Source of the DNA: a bacterium
GTDB lineage: Bacteria; Zhuqueibacterota; Zhuqueibacteria; Residuimicrobiales; Krinioviventaceae
Direction of reading: 5' to 3'
DNA length: 64,000 bases
Assembly: GCA_963675755.2 (NCBI GenBank)
Contig: CAXXMD010000003.1
Span: 2,080,001 to 2,144,000, forward strand
The translations under genes were made by a program, and so were the position numbers. Shown here one piece after another: positions 20,039 to 29,849 of the stretch (positions are counted from its first letter, which is position 1; the number at the start of each line of letters is the position of its first letter). The notes under the pieces were generated by a model that worked only from the letters and a program-made list of their open reading frames with translations, did not search any database and had not been told where the DNA came from.

Positions 20039-20656
20039 TTAAAATGTATATAAAAGATCAAGACCTTCCATAAAAACAATGCCTGCAAATAAGATCAAAA
20101 GCATTCCCAGTACACGATTGATCCAAAGGTAGATGTTTCCGCTAATAAACGTTTTTGATTTGCCGGCAACAATTGCAATTGTGGCTTTGGCGCCTAAAAG
20201 ACAAACATAGAAACCAACCAGGTACAATATTAAATGCCATATGCTGTTTTGTTTGGCGCTGATCATAAAAGGGGCACCAACGGTTAACCAGTAGACATAA
20301 GGATTCGGACTTAGGAAATTCACCATGATCCCCTTGGAAAGAGATCTGGGTTTAATGTTTTTAGTTTCTACGGTAACAGGTTTTATACGAAAGTTTTCAA
20401 TACCCAAATATGCTATGTAAAGCGCACCAATCAATGACAATGAACCCAAAAGCAGGTTTACATTTTGAAATTTGGCAAGTACATAGTAACAGAGTAATAC
20501 AATAGGTGCATCTGTTATGAGCGGGGCCATTCCTACTTTGATACCAGCACGACTGTTGTGATTCAACGTTTCGGATAAAACCAGCATGGTTAACGGTCCC
20601 GGACTGAACCCTGCAGAGAGGCCCAGTATCATTCCCTTGAGTAAAAATGCGATCAT
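20039..20656 (-). CDS. LysE family translocator
   Basis: GFSPGP, GALYIAYLG and NFLSPNPY..W motifs. Confidence 0.88.
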   Translation of the reverse strand: MIAFLLKGMILGLSAGFSPGPLTMLVLSETLNHNSRAGIKVGMAPLITDAPIVLLCYYVLAKFQNVNLLLGSLSLIGALYIAYLGIENFRIKPVTVETKNIKPRSLSKGIMVNFLSPNPYVYWLTVGAPFMISAKQNSIWHLILYLVGFYVCLLGAKATIAIVAGKSKTFISGNIYLWINRVLGMLLILFAGIVFMEGLDLLYTF

Positions 20657-21243
20657 GATTTTAATTGTATCCTGTTTTGCAACCATTGCAGGCAGATCAG
20701 CGTTTTGGCGTCGCAGATTTCTCCCGCATTGATTTTTTCAAATGCCTCCTGAAAAGTCATTTCAACGACCAGAATATCTTCTACTTCATGCTCCAGTCCG
20801 CCTCCGTCATGTATGCGCTCGGCTGTGGCTATGTCTGCCGCATAGCAATAGATCTGTTCGGATGTGCCTCCGGGACTGGGCCAGCATTTAGCAATAAATT
20901 GTAAATCATTTTCGGATATTGAAAACCCTACTTCTTCTTCCACTTCGCGTACAGCGGTGTCTGTTTCCGAGTGACCTTTTTCTATAGAGCCGGCAACGAT
21001 CTCTAATGGCCATGCAATATTGGGATCAAAGGTATACAAGGGGTATCTGAATTGTTTTACGAAAAAAATAGTCTCTTTGATGGAATTGTACAAGAGCACT
21101 GCAGCGGCGTCACCACGGTACACATGCAATCGGGAAACGGGTTTGCTCATCTCTCCATTAAACTGTTCAAAGCTTACGGTAGCTTCTTCAAAGGTAAAAA
21201 AGCCATCATAGATTTTGTGGCGTTTTTGTATATCTGCTTTCAT
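20653..21243 (-). CDS. NUDIX hydrolase (ADP-ribose / GDP-mannose pyrophosphatase, NudF/NudK-like)
   Basis: QFRYP; Nudix box AG.IE...REVEEEVG; SPGG.SE; GGG..E.EDI; DAKT. Confidence 0.88.
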   Translation of the reverse strand: MKADIQKRHKIYDGFFTFEEATVSFEQFNGEMSKPVSRLHVYRGDAAAVLLYNSIKETIFFVKQFRYPLYTFDPNIAWPLEIVAGSIEKGHSETDTAVREVEEEVGFSISENDLQFIAKCWPSPGGTSEQIYCYAADIATAERIHDGGGLEHEVEDILVVEMTFQEAFEKINAGEICDAKTLICLQWLQNRIQLKS

Positions 21244-21398
21244 GCACCAGCCCTCAGAATTTATACAAAAATACAAATTTTAACTGTAATTGTCCAATAG
21301 TATTCCGGTTTGTTATTACGGGAATTTTTGTTAATTTAACTTGATTTACCTATAAAGAATTATTATAGTTGATTGTCAATATGGAGAATGAATACAAA

Positions 21399-22910
21399 AT
21401 GAAAAAGTATCTGCTTTTGCTCTTGATAGTCCCCGGTTTGTTGTTGACGTTTTGTTCCGGTCCTAAAGAAGGCGAGATCACCGTCATACACACCAATGAT
21501 ATGCACAGTCAGTATATTCCGCTTACGGCAACCTGGGTAGATCGCAAGCCACAGCCTCTGGTTGGCGGCATGGTTGCACTCGAGTATCATATTCGTCAGT
21601 TGCGCGAACAATGGCCCAATTCGCTGGTTATTGATGCCGGTGATTTTCTGACCGGCACGCCCCTTGCGAAAATTGATGTGGATGGCGCCACTGGTGGTGC
21701 ATTTGTGAAAATGATGAATATTATCGATTATGATGTGATTACGGTTGGTAATCACGAATTTGATAATGGTCAGGATAATCTACACAAACTGCTGAATATG
21801 GGAAATTTTGATGTGGTTTGCTGTAATATGAACATCAATGGAAAACCTGCTGTTGAAAAGCCCTATATGATATACAAGGTGGATGGTGTACGCGTTGGTG
21901 TTATAGGTGTAATGCTGAAAGCGTTGGATCAGGTTACGGCCCAAAAGAATTTAAAAGGTGTAGAGGTGATTGATCCTATTTCCATTACACAAAAGTATAT
22001 TGACGAGATTGACCCGAAAACGGATCTTATTATTCTGTTAACACATAACGGAATTCAGGAAGATATGGACCTCGCAAAAACTGTGAAAAATGCTGACCTG
22101 ATTCTGGGCGGGCATAGTCATACACGACTGCCAAAACCCAGAAAAGTCAACGGTATGCTGGTTTTTCAGGCAGGTGCCAAGACCACCAACCTTGGTCGTT
22201 TAACCCTGGATGTTAAAGGTGACAGTATTGCATCGTACGATTATGAGCTCCTGAACACCTGGGTCGACGACGTTAAAAATCCGAATCCTGAAATGGTCAA
22301 GCTGGTAGATACCTACAAAGCCGAGATTGACAAGGAATACAATGAGCAGTTTGGTACATTAAAGAACGCATGGATTCGTAATAATGATGGTGAGTCGAAC
22401 CTTGGCAATTTTATAACTGACGCAATCCGTGAAGAAAGTGGAGCTGATATCGCAATGATGAACAGTGGCGGCATCCGCAAAGATCTGCCGGCAGGACCCA
22501 TCACCAAGCTTGATATTGTTGAGATTTTACCATTCACAAATGTTGTAGAAACATTCGAGTGCAGCGGTCAGGATTTGATTACACTGATTAACCAGAATTC
22601 TGGTGAAATGGATGGATACCGGGGAGTGATGCAGATTTCGGGTTTGCACTATACATATCGTATCAAACCGGATAAATCTTTGGATCTGGTTTCTGCCAAA
22701 GTCAATGGCAAGCCACTGGACCCCAAAGGCACTTATACCGTAGCAACCGTGGATTTTATATTACAGGGGCAAGCTGAAAAGTATTTGGGATTTGTTCCGC
22801 AATCTACAACGAGTACCGGTACTGTGGTATCGGATATGGTGATTAGCTATTTGAAAAAGTATCCGGAAGTGGATTCAAAACTTGAGGGACGAATCAAACG
22901 TGTTTATTAA
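21399..22910 (+). CDS. bifunctional UDP-sugar hydrolase / 5'-nucleotidase, probable lipoprotein
   Basis: HTNDMH, DAGD, GNHEFD, GGHSH and NSGGIR motifs. Confidence 0.92.
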   Translation: MKKYLLLLLIVPGLLLTFCSGPKEGEITVIHTNDMHSQYIPLTATWVDRKPQPLVGGMVALEYHIRQLREQWPNSLVIDAGDFLTGTPLAKIDVDGATGGAFVKMMNIIDYDVITVGNHEFDNGQDNLHKLLNMGNFDVVCCNMNINGKPAVEKPYMIYKVDGVRVGVIGVMLKALDQVTAQKNLKGVEVIDPISITQKYIDEIDPKTDLIILLTHNGIQEDMDLAKTVKNADLILGGHSHTRLPKPRKVNGMLVFQAGAKTTNLGRLTLDVKGDSIASYDYELLNTWVDDVKNPNPEMVKLVDTYKAEIDKEYNEQFGTLKNAWIRNNDGESNLGNFITDAIREESGADIAMMNSGGIRKDLPAGPITKLDIVEILPFTNVVETFECSGQDLITLINQNSGEMDGYRGVMQISGLHYTYRIKPDKSLDLVSAKVNGKPLDPKGTYTVATVDFILQGQAEKYLGFVPQSTTSTGTVVSDMVISYLKKYPEVDSKLEGRIKRVY

Positions 22911-22931
22911 GAAATTTGGAGGGAATTGATA

Positions 22932-24386
22932 ATGAAAGCAAGGAATGTTGCCTATATACTGGTTGGAGTCACGTTGTTTTTTTTCACAGCCTGGTTAATC
23001 TCTTGTGCTGTGAACCCGGTAACCGGCAAACATGAACTTATGTTGCTTACTGAAAATGATGAGATCTCGCTGGGAAAAGAAACCGACCAGCAGATTATTG
23101 AAACCTATGGCATTTATGATGATCCTGAATTGACGGCATATCTGGACAAGCTTGGCCAGGAGATGGCGGTTAAAACTCACCGTCCCAATCTGCCTTACAC
23201 ATTCAAAGTATTGGATACGCCGGTGGTGAATGCATTTGCCGTACCCGGCGGGTATGTTTATTTTACCCGGGGTATCTTGGGTTACCTGAATAACGAAGCC
23301 GAGTTTGCGGGTGTATTGGGACACGAGCTGGGTCATGTTAACGCAAGACATTCCGCGGTACAGTACAGCCGGGCTCAACTGGCACAACTGGGTTTGGGTG
23401 TAGGCATGATCTTTTCTGAAAAGTTTCGTGACTATGCGGGACTGGCGCAGTTTGGTGTGGGTATGTTGTTTTTAAAATACAGTCGCGACAATGAAAGACA
23501 GGCAGATGATTTGGGAGTAGAGTATTCTTCTAAATCAGGTTATAACTCGATGGCAATGGCAGATTTTTTCAATACGCTTGAACGTATGCACCCCAGCTCG
23601 GATGGCAGCGGTCTGCCCGAGTGGTTTTCCACGCACCCGAATCCTGTGAATCGTGTTGAAGCAGTCAGGAACAAAACCAAAGAATGGCAGAGCCAGCTGG
23701 CAGGAAAGGATTTTGTCTATAATCGCGACAACTATTTGGCGCAGGTGGATGGGATCACCTTTGGTGAAGATCCACGCCAGGGTTATGTAGAAGGCAACGC
23801 CTTTTATCATCCTGAATTGCAGATCACCTTTCCCGTGCCTTCAGAATGGGCATTGAACAACACTCCCGAACAGGTTCAGATGGTATCTCCGCAGGAGAAT
23901 GCGGCTATTATGTTTACGCTGGACAATTCTTCAACTCCTTTGGCGGCCTCGCAGTCTTTTACGCAGAATGCAGGTGCAACAATAACCGCCTCTGACGCCA
24001 TTACGGTAAACAGTTACAAAACCCAGCGGGTATTTAGTACGGTAACCAGTGAAGAGAGTGAACTCAAGGTAGTGTCTTACTTTATACAAAAAGATAACAA
24101 AATTTATGTGTTTCACGGATTTACGGATACTGCCAGTTTTAACGGTTACCAGAACTCGTTTACCGGTACCATGGGGCAATTTAAAAAACTGACTGATCCG
24201 GCAAAGCTTAATGTAAAACCCAAAACATTGCATGTTAAAACCGTATCTACCCCAAGTTCGCTTCGAGCAGAACTGAAAAAGAACGGTATAGCTGATGACA
24301 AGCTTGAAGAGTTTGCCATTTTGAATGGTATGGAACTGGATGCGTCTCTCAAAGCGGGCAGCAAGATCAAGGTGGTTGGTAACTAA
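22932..24386 (+). CDS. M48 family metalloprotease, probable lipoprotein
   Basis: SCAVNPVTG; NAFAVPGG; HELGH; E.QAD; STHP. Confidence 0.9.
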   Translation: MKARNVAYILVGVTLFFFTAWLISCAVNPVTGKHELMLLTENDEISLGKETDQQIIETYGIYDDPELTAYLDKLGQEMAVKTHRPNLPYTFKVLDTPVVNAFAVPGGYVYFTRGILGYLNNEAEFAGVLGHELGHVNARHSAVQYSRAQLAQLGLGVGMIFSEKFRDYAGLAQFGVGMLFLKYSRDNERQADDLGVEYSSKSGYNSMAMADFFNTLERMHPSSDGSGLPEWFSTHPNPVNRVEAVRNKTKEWQSQLAGKDFVYNRDNYLAQVDGITFGEDPRQGYVEGNAFYHPELQITFPVPSEWALNNTPEQVQMVSPQENAAIMFTLDNSSTPLAASQSFTQNAGATITASDAITVNSYKTQRVFSTVTSEESELKVVSYFIQKDNKIYVFHGFTDTASFNGYQNSFTGTMGQFKKLTDPAKLNVKPKTLHVKTVSTPSSLRAELKKNGIADDKLEEFAILNGMELDASLKAGSKIKVVGN

Positions 24387-24390
24387 CTGT

Positions 24391-24442
24391 GATTTTTAGG
24401 ATTTAAGACCTTGATTTAAATGATTATAGGATTACCGTGATT
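24391..24442 (+). repeat. GATT ladder repeat (short copy)
   Basis: GATTTTTAGGATTTAAGACCTTGATTTAAATGATTATAGGATTACCGTGATT; same family as 6956-7125 and 33706-33830. Confidence 0.7.
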
Positions 24443-24462
24443 AAATTGTGATGTGGAATTCA

Positions 24463-24515
24463 GCAGCCGGTCCCTGAGTAATTCGCCGTAGGCGGATGTA
24501 TCGAAGGGCGGCTGC
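24463..24515 (+). repeat. palindromic REP-like element (CCCTGAG...TCGAAGGG type)
   Basis: GCAGCCG...CGGCTGC arms enclose GTCCCTGAGTAATTCGCCGTAGGCGGATGTATCGAAGGG; a related inverted copy lies at 28632-28690. Confidence 0.7.
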
Positions 24516-24656
24516 GATACATCCTTTATCTGAATTGAGGCTATTTATATGTTAACGCTCTTGAAAACAATTTTTATTTAGCCACGGATTAACACTGATC
24601 TTCACGGATTGAAACAAAAAGTATTAGAACGAAATTTATTTCGTTTGTTTTCCTGA

Positions 24657-24966
24657 TAGGGAACGGTCTCAGGCCATTCCCTACCCATATGAATTCAATA
24701 TTGCTTCACTCTTGTACTTGGCTCTTGACTGGGAACCTTTTTTTGTTTTTCCTTTGCGAACTCTGCGAAGCCCTGGCGTTCTTTACGTTTTGTTTCTGTC
24801 TGAATTAGGATGGATAGGATTAAAAGATTTATAGGATTTAGGGAACAAGATATTATTATTCTTTTTTATCTGTGATGATCTGTAGCTTTGAAAACTTAAC
24901 CACGAAATACACGAACAAGCACAAAAGATTATTTTCATGTAGGTAATGATCTCAGACGCTTCCTAT
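24657..24966 (+). repeat. 283-bp-period composite repeat array, left part
   Basis: TAGGGAACGGTCTCAG..TTCCCTA hairpin at 24657 and a degenerate copy at 24940. The intervening sequence is near-identical to 26113-26395. Confidence 0.88.
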
Positions 24967-25003
24967 AGTGGATAATTTTTAAGTTTTAAGAAAACGGGGT
25001 GTT

Positions 25004-26020
25004 ATGAACAAGATTTGGGGCATATTAATAGTTTTTCTTTTTATCAACTGTACAACACAAAATTTTGTACCTCCGCGGCCCTTGTTAAAAGGAGAAAATG
25101 AATTACGCGTGAGCTTGAATCTTTCAGGAAATAATTTTAGCACATATTCCATACAGTTTTCAATGTTTCATGGATTAACCGATCAGGATGTAATTGGTAC
25201 ATCATTGAATAATTTTGTATACTTTTTACCAAGCCATATTTCTATGGCGCACTATTGGGATCAAAATAACTCGTTTTATAATATGCAATTTCATATGAAT
25301 GATTTGTTTGCTACAAATTATAACCCATCTATAGAATTTGACCTGGGTTATTCTAATTTTTATTCAAGTACATACAATACTGTGAAAATAGGGGTAGGAT
25401 ATTATGGAACTCCATTGTTATACAAAATGATAGATGTTTCTGTTACAAAACATAAATTTGTTTCAATTTTAGGGTATAGAGTTCAGCACAAGATGTTATA
25501 TGCGGATGTTCAGCTGATTAAAGGCATGACTGATTATTTTATTCGTTATTACAAAGATAACTATAAGAAAAGACCGACTGTTTCTGAAAAGTACCAAAAA
25601 TATTCGGATAATATAAAATATACACAACAAGAATTTGAGCATAATAATGTTGAACAAATTTTTTCTGACTTGAATGAATACAAGATTGCATTAAAGAATG
25701 GAGATACTTTGCTCGTAACGCAAAGGCCCCCTTATTCAGATTGGATTGGAGGCGGTTTTAAATTTTTATCCCTTTCTGCTTATAATGCATCCCAGAACCA
25801 TAGAATGTATTGGATTTATTGGCAAAATCGTTATGAAAAAGATGAAACTCCTATAATGTTAGAGTTGAATATGTCTAAAATAATTGCAAATTATAAAAAC
25901 GGGGGAGATTTGCTTTTAATTGAAGATCAAAGTCTTTCAGAAAAAACAATTCAATATAACAAGTGCCTGTGGAACGATCTTATCTTTTCCATTGGCAGGG
26001 TAGAGTATCAGAATCATTGA
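25004..26020 (+). CDS. hypothetical lipoprotein (AT-rich orphan)
   Basis: MNKIWGILIVFLFINC lipobox-like start; GGGG RBS; no recognised domain. Confidence 0.75.
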   Translation: MNKIWGILIVFLFINCTTQNFVPPRPLLKGENELRVSLNLSGNNFSTYSIQFSMFHGLTDQDVIGTSLNNFVYFLPSHISMAHYWDQNNSFYNMQFHMNDLFATNYNPSIEFDLGYSNFYSSTYNTVKIGVGYYGTPLLYKMIDVSVTKHKFVSILGYRVQHKMLYADVQLIKGMTDYFIRYYKDNYKKRPTVSEKYQKYSDNIKYTQQEFEHNNVEQIFSDLNEYKIALKNGDTLLVTQRPPYSDWIGGGFKFLSLSAYNASQNHRMYWIYWQNRYEKDETPIMLELNMSKIIANYKNGGDLLLIEDQSLSEKTIQYNKCLWNDLIFSIGRVEYQNH

Positions 26021-26034
26021 TTTTCAAAATGTTT

Positions 26035-26565
26035 ATCCGTGAAAATCTGTGTGGATCCGTGGCTCAAAAGTTTTTGTCTACGAAACACACGAATAAATTC
26101 AAAAGAATCAAGTAGGGAACGGTCTCAGACCATTCTCTACCCATATGAATTCAATATTGCTTCACTCTTGTACTTGGCTCTTGCCTGAGATTTTTCCTCT
26201 TTGCGAACTCGGCGAAGCCCTGGCGTTCTTTGCGTTTAGTCTTTGTCTGAATTAGGATGGATAGGATTAAAAGATTGATAGGATTTGATTTGGGGAAAAT
26301 ATATTATTATTCTTTATTATCCGTGAAAATCTGTGTGGATCCGTGGCTTAAAAGTTTTGTCTACGAAACACACGAATAAATTCAAAAGAATCAAGTAGGG
26401 AACGGTCTCAGACTGTTCCCTATCCATTCATTCGATGCACATTTACTCTGGTCCTCGGGCTTTTGCCAGTATACCTTTTTTGTTTTTCCTTTGCGAACTC
26501 CGAAATCTTTGCGTGCTTTGCGTTTAGTTTTTTATCTGAAATGTTATTAATAAGATTTATAGGAC
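26035..26565 (+). repeat. 283-bp-period composite repeat array, right part
   Basis: Hairpin starts at 26113 and 26396. ATCCGTGAAAATCTGTGTGGATCCGTGGCT...CACACGAATAAATTCAAAAGAATCAAGTAGGG is present twice almost exactly. Confidence 0.9.
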
Positions 26566-26694
26566 TGGGTTAGCGTTCCCACCCTTTTAAACAGCCCGTC
26601 CTCGACACCATTTTATTTTGGTTATTAATCCCAGAATTGATATATTAATTCAATACCATAATTATAATACTGATATCTGGAGCGGAGCAGGCCG

Positions 26695-27105
26695 TTGAAT
26701 CGTAGAATCTATTATCAGGCATTGGGTGTATGGTGCATAATGGCAGTGTTGACTGTTATGTATGGAGCTTTTCGGGAAGCTGTGTTCATTCCGGTAACAG
26801 GCATGAATGGCACCCTGGCTCGTGCCGTGTTGCTGCCGGTTACCTGGATCTATATCTGGATTGCCGCATGGCTGTTGTTGAAACGCACCCATGCCCCGCA
26901 TACACAACAGGATGCCCTGCGTATAGGCATGTTATGGCTGGTATTGACCATTGTATTTGAGTTTGTATTTGGCAGTCTGGTGATGGGCAATTCCATTCAA
27001 GCCTTGCTGGCGGATTATAACTTGCTCCGTGGTCGTACATGGGGATTGTTTTTGTTGTTTCTTGTAGTTGCACCCTGGTTTGTTCACAAACAATTACATA
27101 AATAA
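26695..27105 (+). CDS. hypothetical membrane protein
   Basis: Four hydrophobic segments; G.LWL.LT..FEF.FG...LLADYNL..GR.W pattern. Confidence 0.72.
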   Translation: MNRRIYYQALGVWCIMAVLTVMYGAFREAVFIPVTGMNGTLARAVLLPVTWIYIWIAAWLLLKRTHAPHTQQDALRIGMLWLVLTIVFEFVFGSLVMGNSIQALLADYNLLRGRTWGLFLLFLVVAPWFVHKQLHK

Positions 27106-27117
27106 AAAAGGACCAAT

Positions 27118-28242
27118 ATGAAACCTGTGAAATGGAGTATCCTGATATTTTTACCCGTATTGATTTTTTGCAGTTCAAACACAACGAAAGAGGCTTTTTT
27201 AGAAACTCCAAAAGTCATTAGTAATGTAACAGAATATTACCTGGAATCCAATCGCACCTTTCAGGGCATTCCCAGTATTGAAGTTGCCGAAAATGGACGT
27301 ATGTGGGCCACCTGGTACGCGGGTCCAACCGCGGCAGAAGATAGCAATAACTATGTGATAGTTATGACCAGTGGAGATGGCGAGAACTGGCAGATATCTC
27401 ATATTGTTGATCCGGATGTAGAGGGACCCGTGCGTGTTTTTGATCCTGAATTGTGGATTGATCCTACCGGTAAGCTGTGGGCATTCTGGGCGCAGACGAT
27501 AGGTCACGATGGAACCATTGGCGGCGTATGGGCCATGACCACAGAGAATCCGGGTGAAGCGAAACCCAACTGGTCTGCTCCCAAAAGATTGACAGACGGT
27601 GTAATGATGTGCAAACCGGTTGTGCTCAGTTCCGGTGAATGGGTGCTGCCCGCATCCACCTGGCGTAAAACTGACAACAGTGCAAGAGTTGTAGTATCCA
27701 CTGACAAGGGCGAAACCTGGACGGTCCGTGGCGGCTGCAATGTGCCGGAAAAAGAGCGGAGCTTTGATGAGCATATGATCATAGAAAAAACAGATGGTTC
27801 TTTGTGGTTACTGGCCCGTACACGTTATGGCATTGGAGAAAGTGTTTCCACAGACAAGGGTGCAACCTGGCCGGAACTGACTCCTTCTGATATTCAACAT
27901 CCGGCAGCACGATTTTTTATTCGTCGACTGGATTCAGGCAAGCTGTTGTTGGTGAAGCATGGTCCATTGGATGAGCAGACAGGACGTTCACATCTTACGG
28001 CATATTTGTCTGATGACGATGGCGTCAAATGGTATGGCGGGCTGCTGCTGGACGAGCGGGAGAGTATATCGTATCCTGATGGCAAGCAGTCAGCAGATGG
28101 GACCATTCACATTATATATGATTTTGCACGAAGAAACGAAATGGAAATATTAATGGCAAGTTTTACGGAAGCCGATGTTGCGGCCGGAAAACTGGTATCA
28201 AAAGAATCCAAACTGAAAAAAATTGTAAACAAAGCGGGATAA
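27118..28242 (+). CDS. BNR-repeat exo-alpha-sialidase-like lipoprotein
   Basis: FQGIP; Asp-boxes STDKGETW, STDKGATW and SDDDGVKW; SYPDG. Confidence 0.85.
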   Translation: MKPVKWSILIFLPVLIFCSSNTTKEAFLETPKVISNVTEYYLESNRTFQGIPSIEVAENGRMWATWYAGPTAAEDSNNYVIVMTSGDGENWQISHIVDPDVEGPVRVFDPELWIDPTGKLWAFWAQTIGHDGTIGGVWAMTTENPGEAKPNWSAPKRLTDGVMMCKPVVLSSGEWVLPASTWRKTDNSARVVVSTDKGETWTVRGGCNVPEKERSFDEHMIIEKTDGSLWLLARTRYGIGESVSTDKGATWPELTPSDIQHPAARFFIRRLDSGKLLLVKHGPLDEQTGRSHLTAYLSDDDGVKWYGGLLLDERESISYPDGKQSADGTIHIIYDFARRNEMEILMASFTEADVAAGKLVSKESKLKKIVNKAG

Positions 28243-28263
28243 CCAAGTCGAGGAGTATTGACT

Positions 28264-28611
28264 ATGAAAGACATTGTTGCGGATGCAAGTCTGGTTACAA
28301 AGTGCGGATTGTATTGTGGCGCGTGTAAAGCGTATTTAAAGGGAAAATGTGAGGGATGCGCCGAGACCCTGAAAAAAGCCAAATGCAAGATCCGGAATTG
28401 TTGTGTTGAGCACAATTATACTACTTGTGCGGATTGTGAAACCTATACGGATACCTCGAAATGTAAGAAAATGAACGGCGGAATTGACAGGTTCTTTTCT
28501 TTGATATTCAGATATGACCGCGCGGCGGGTATTCAAATGGTCCGCAAACAGGGTGCAGAGGCTTTTGCTGAAAAGATGACTGCTGATAAAAGTATGTGGA
28601 TCAAAAAGTAG
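28264..28611 (+). CDS. DUF3795 Cys-rich protein
   Basis: CGLYCGAC...CEGC...CKIRNCC...CADC...C. Confidence 0.85.
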   Translation: MKDIVADASLVTKCGLYCGACKAYLKGKCEGCAETLKKAKCKIRNCCVEHNYTTCADCETYTDTSKCKKMNGGIDRFFSLIFRYDRAAGIQMVRKQGAEAFAEKMTADKSMWIKK

Positions 28612-28631
28612 ATCAGTATTTCGATTTATTA

Positions 28632-28690
28632 GCCGGTTCATCGATACAATCCATACACCGGCTTGGTGTACGGATCACTCAGGGATCGGC
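28632..28690 (-). repeat. palindromic REP-like element, inverted relative of 24463-24515
   Basis: The reverse complement reads GCCGATCCCTGAGTGATCCG...GGATTGTATCGA. Confidence 0.65.
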
Positions 28691-28718
28691 ATTGTCTTTT
28701 CCGGTTCTTTGGCAGAAC

Positions 28719-29005
28719 AGGTTGTGTGAAAATAATTTAAATTTAAACAATAAAAATTTTGTTGAGATTGAGATAAGTCAGAATGGTGTGGAGTGCATTA
28801 CCTTTATGTAATGCGGGCCGTCGTAGACGGCCTTTACATAAAGGTATTTGTTGAAATTGATGAGATTATGAAAAATAATATTATTTGAATCGAGTGAAAA
28901 TTTATATCGGACCATTGGCCCGACGCGGTGTCAGCCGGTTGGCGGACAAGCTATAAAGGCGCCGCACTCCAGAAGCACGATTATTTTTTATTTTTCACAC
29001 AGTCT
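28719..29005. mobile_element. MITE-like non-autonomous element, copy 1
   Basis: TIRs AGGTTGTGTGAAAA / TTTTCACACAGTCT; internal GGAGTGC...GCACTCC pair and GGCCGTC-GTA-GACGGCC hairpin; inverted homolog at 33992-34250. Confidence 0.72.
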
Positions 29006-29048
29006 GAAAAGTCTGGATGCCAGTTTTAATTTAGTACCATGTGAAAAC

Positions 29049-29082
29049 AAAAAATCCCGCAATTTTAGTTGCGGGATTTTTT
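29049..29082. terminator. bidirectional intrinsic terminator
   Basis: AAAAAATCCCGCAA-TTTTAG-TTGCGGGATTTTTT. Confidence 0.85.
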
Positions 29083-29117
29083 AGAGTAGGAAATGGTAGT
29101 CTATTGGGGAGTGTTGC

Positions 29118-29768
29118 TTATAACTGCTTTTTGCTGAAATACCAGTCTGTATAATCGTAACCTTCATCTTTGCGTTTGTCTGCAGCTTCCTGGGTCAATG
29201 GTGGCGGAACAATTACTTTTTCACCGGGTTTCCAGTTTTCAGGAGTTGCTACTCCGTTTTTGTCTGATGTCTGCAATGCCTGAACAAGGCGATAAATTTC
29301 ATCAATGCTGCGTCCGTTTGACAATGGATAGTAAACCATTGCGCGCATGATACCCTTGTCGTCAATCACAAACACTGCGCGTACGGCCGAAGTATCTGCT
29401 GCTCCCGGATGGATCATGCCGTATTTGGTGGCAACATCCATTTTCAGGTCTTCGATGATGGGGAACGGAATGTCTACATCAAAATTGGCTTTGATGCTTT
29501 TTACCCATGCAATATGTGAGTACAAGCTGTCAATACTGAGGCCAATAACCTGTGTATTCAGTTTTTTAAAGTCATCATTCTTTTTTGCAAATGCCATAAA
29601 CTCTGTTGTACATACGGGTGTGAAATCTGCCGGATGTGAAAAGAGCACAACCCATTTGCCTTTCAAAGAAGAAAGTTTGATTTCTCCATGGGTTGTTTTT
29701 GCGGTAAATTCTGGTGCGGGTTCATTAATTCTAGGCAGACTGGGTGTTTGTACAGTTTCTTGTTCCAT
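29118..29768 (-). CDS. peroxiredoxin (Prx6 / 1-Cys-like AhpC-TSA)
   Basis: FSHPADFTPVCTTE, YP.SNGR and ATPENW.PG motifs; ATG 29768 follows AGAGGGA. Confidence 0.92.
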   Translation of the reverse strand: MEQETVQTPSLPRINEPAPEFTAKTTHGEIKLSSLKGKWVVLFSHPADFTPVCTTEFMAFAKKNDDFKKLNTQVIGLSIDSLYSHIAWVKSIKANFDVDIPFPIIEDLKMDVATKYGMIHPGAADTSAVRAVFVIDDKGIMRAMVYYPLSNGRSIDEIYRLVQALQTSDKNGVATPENWKPGEKVIVPPPLTQEAADKRKDEGYDYTDWYFSKKQL

Positions 29769-29780
29769 TTTAAATTCCCT

Positions 29781-29818
29781 CTTATTAGTAATCGTTATTG
29801 TTATCATTTACTAATAAG
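29781..29818 (-). promoter_or_regulatory. inverted repeat enclosing a Fur/PerR-like box upstream of the peroxiredoxin
   Basis: Perfect 11-bp arms CTTATTAGTAA / TTACTAATAAG; the minus strand contains AATGATAACAATAACGATT. Confidence 0.5.
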
Positions 29819-29849
29819 ATGCCTGAAATTTGAAAAAGTTTCAAAAAAA

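Noticed and set aside
24657-26565. CRISPR or classical integron attC array
   Set aside because: Inter-hairpin sequence is repeated rather than unique, I saw no RYYYAAC/GTTRRRY attC ends, and there is no integrase.
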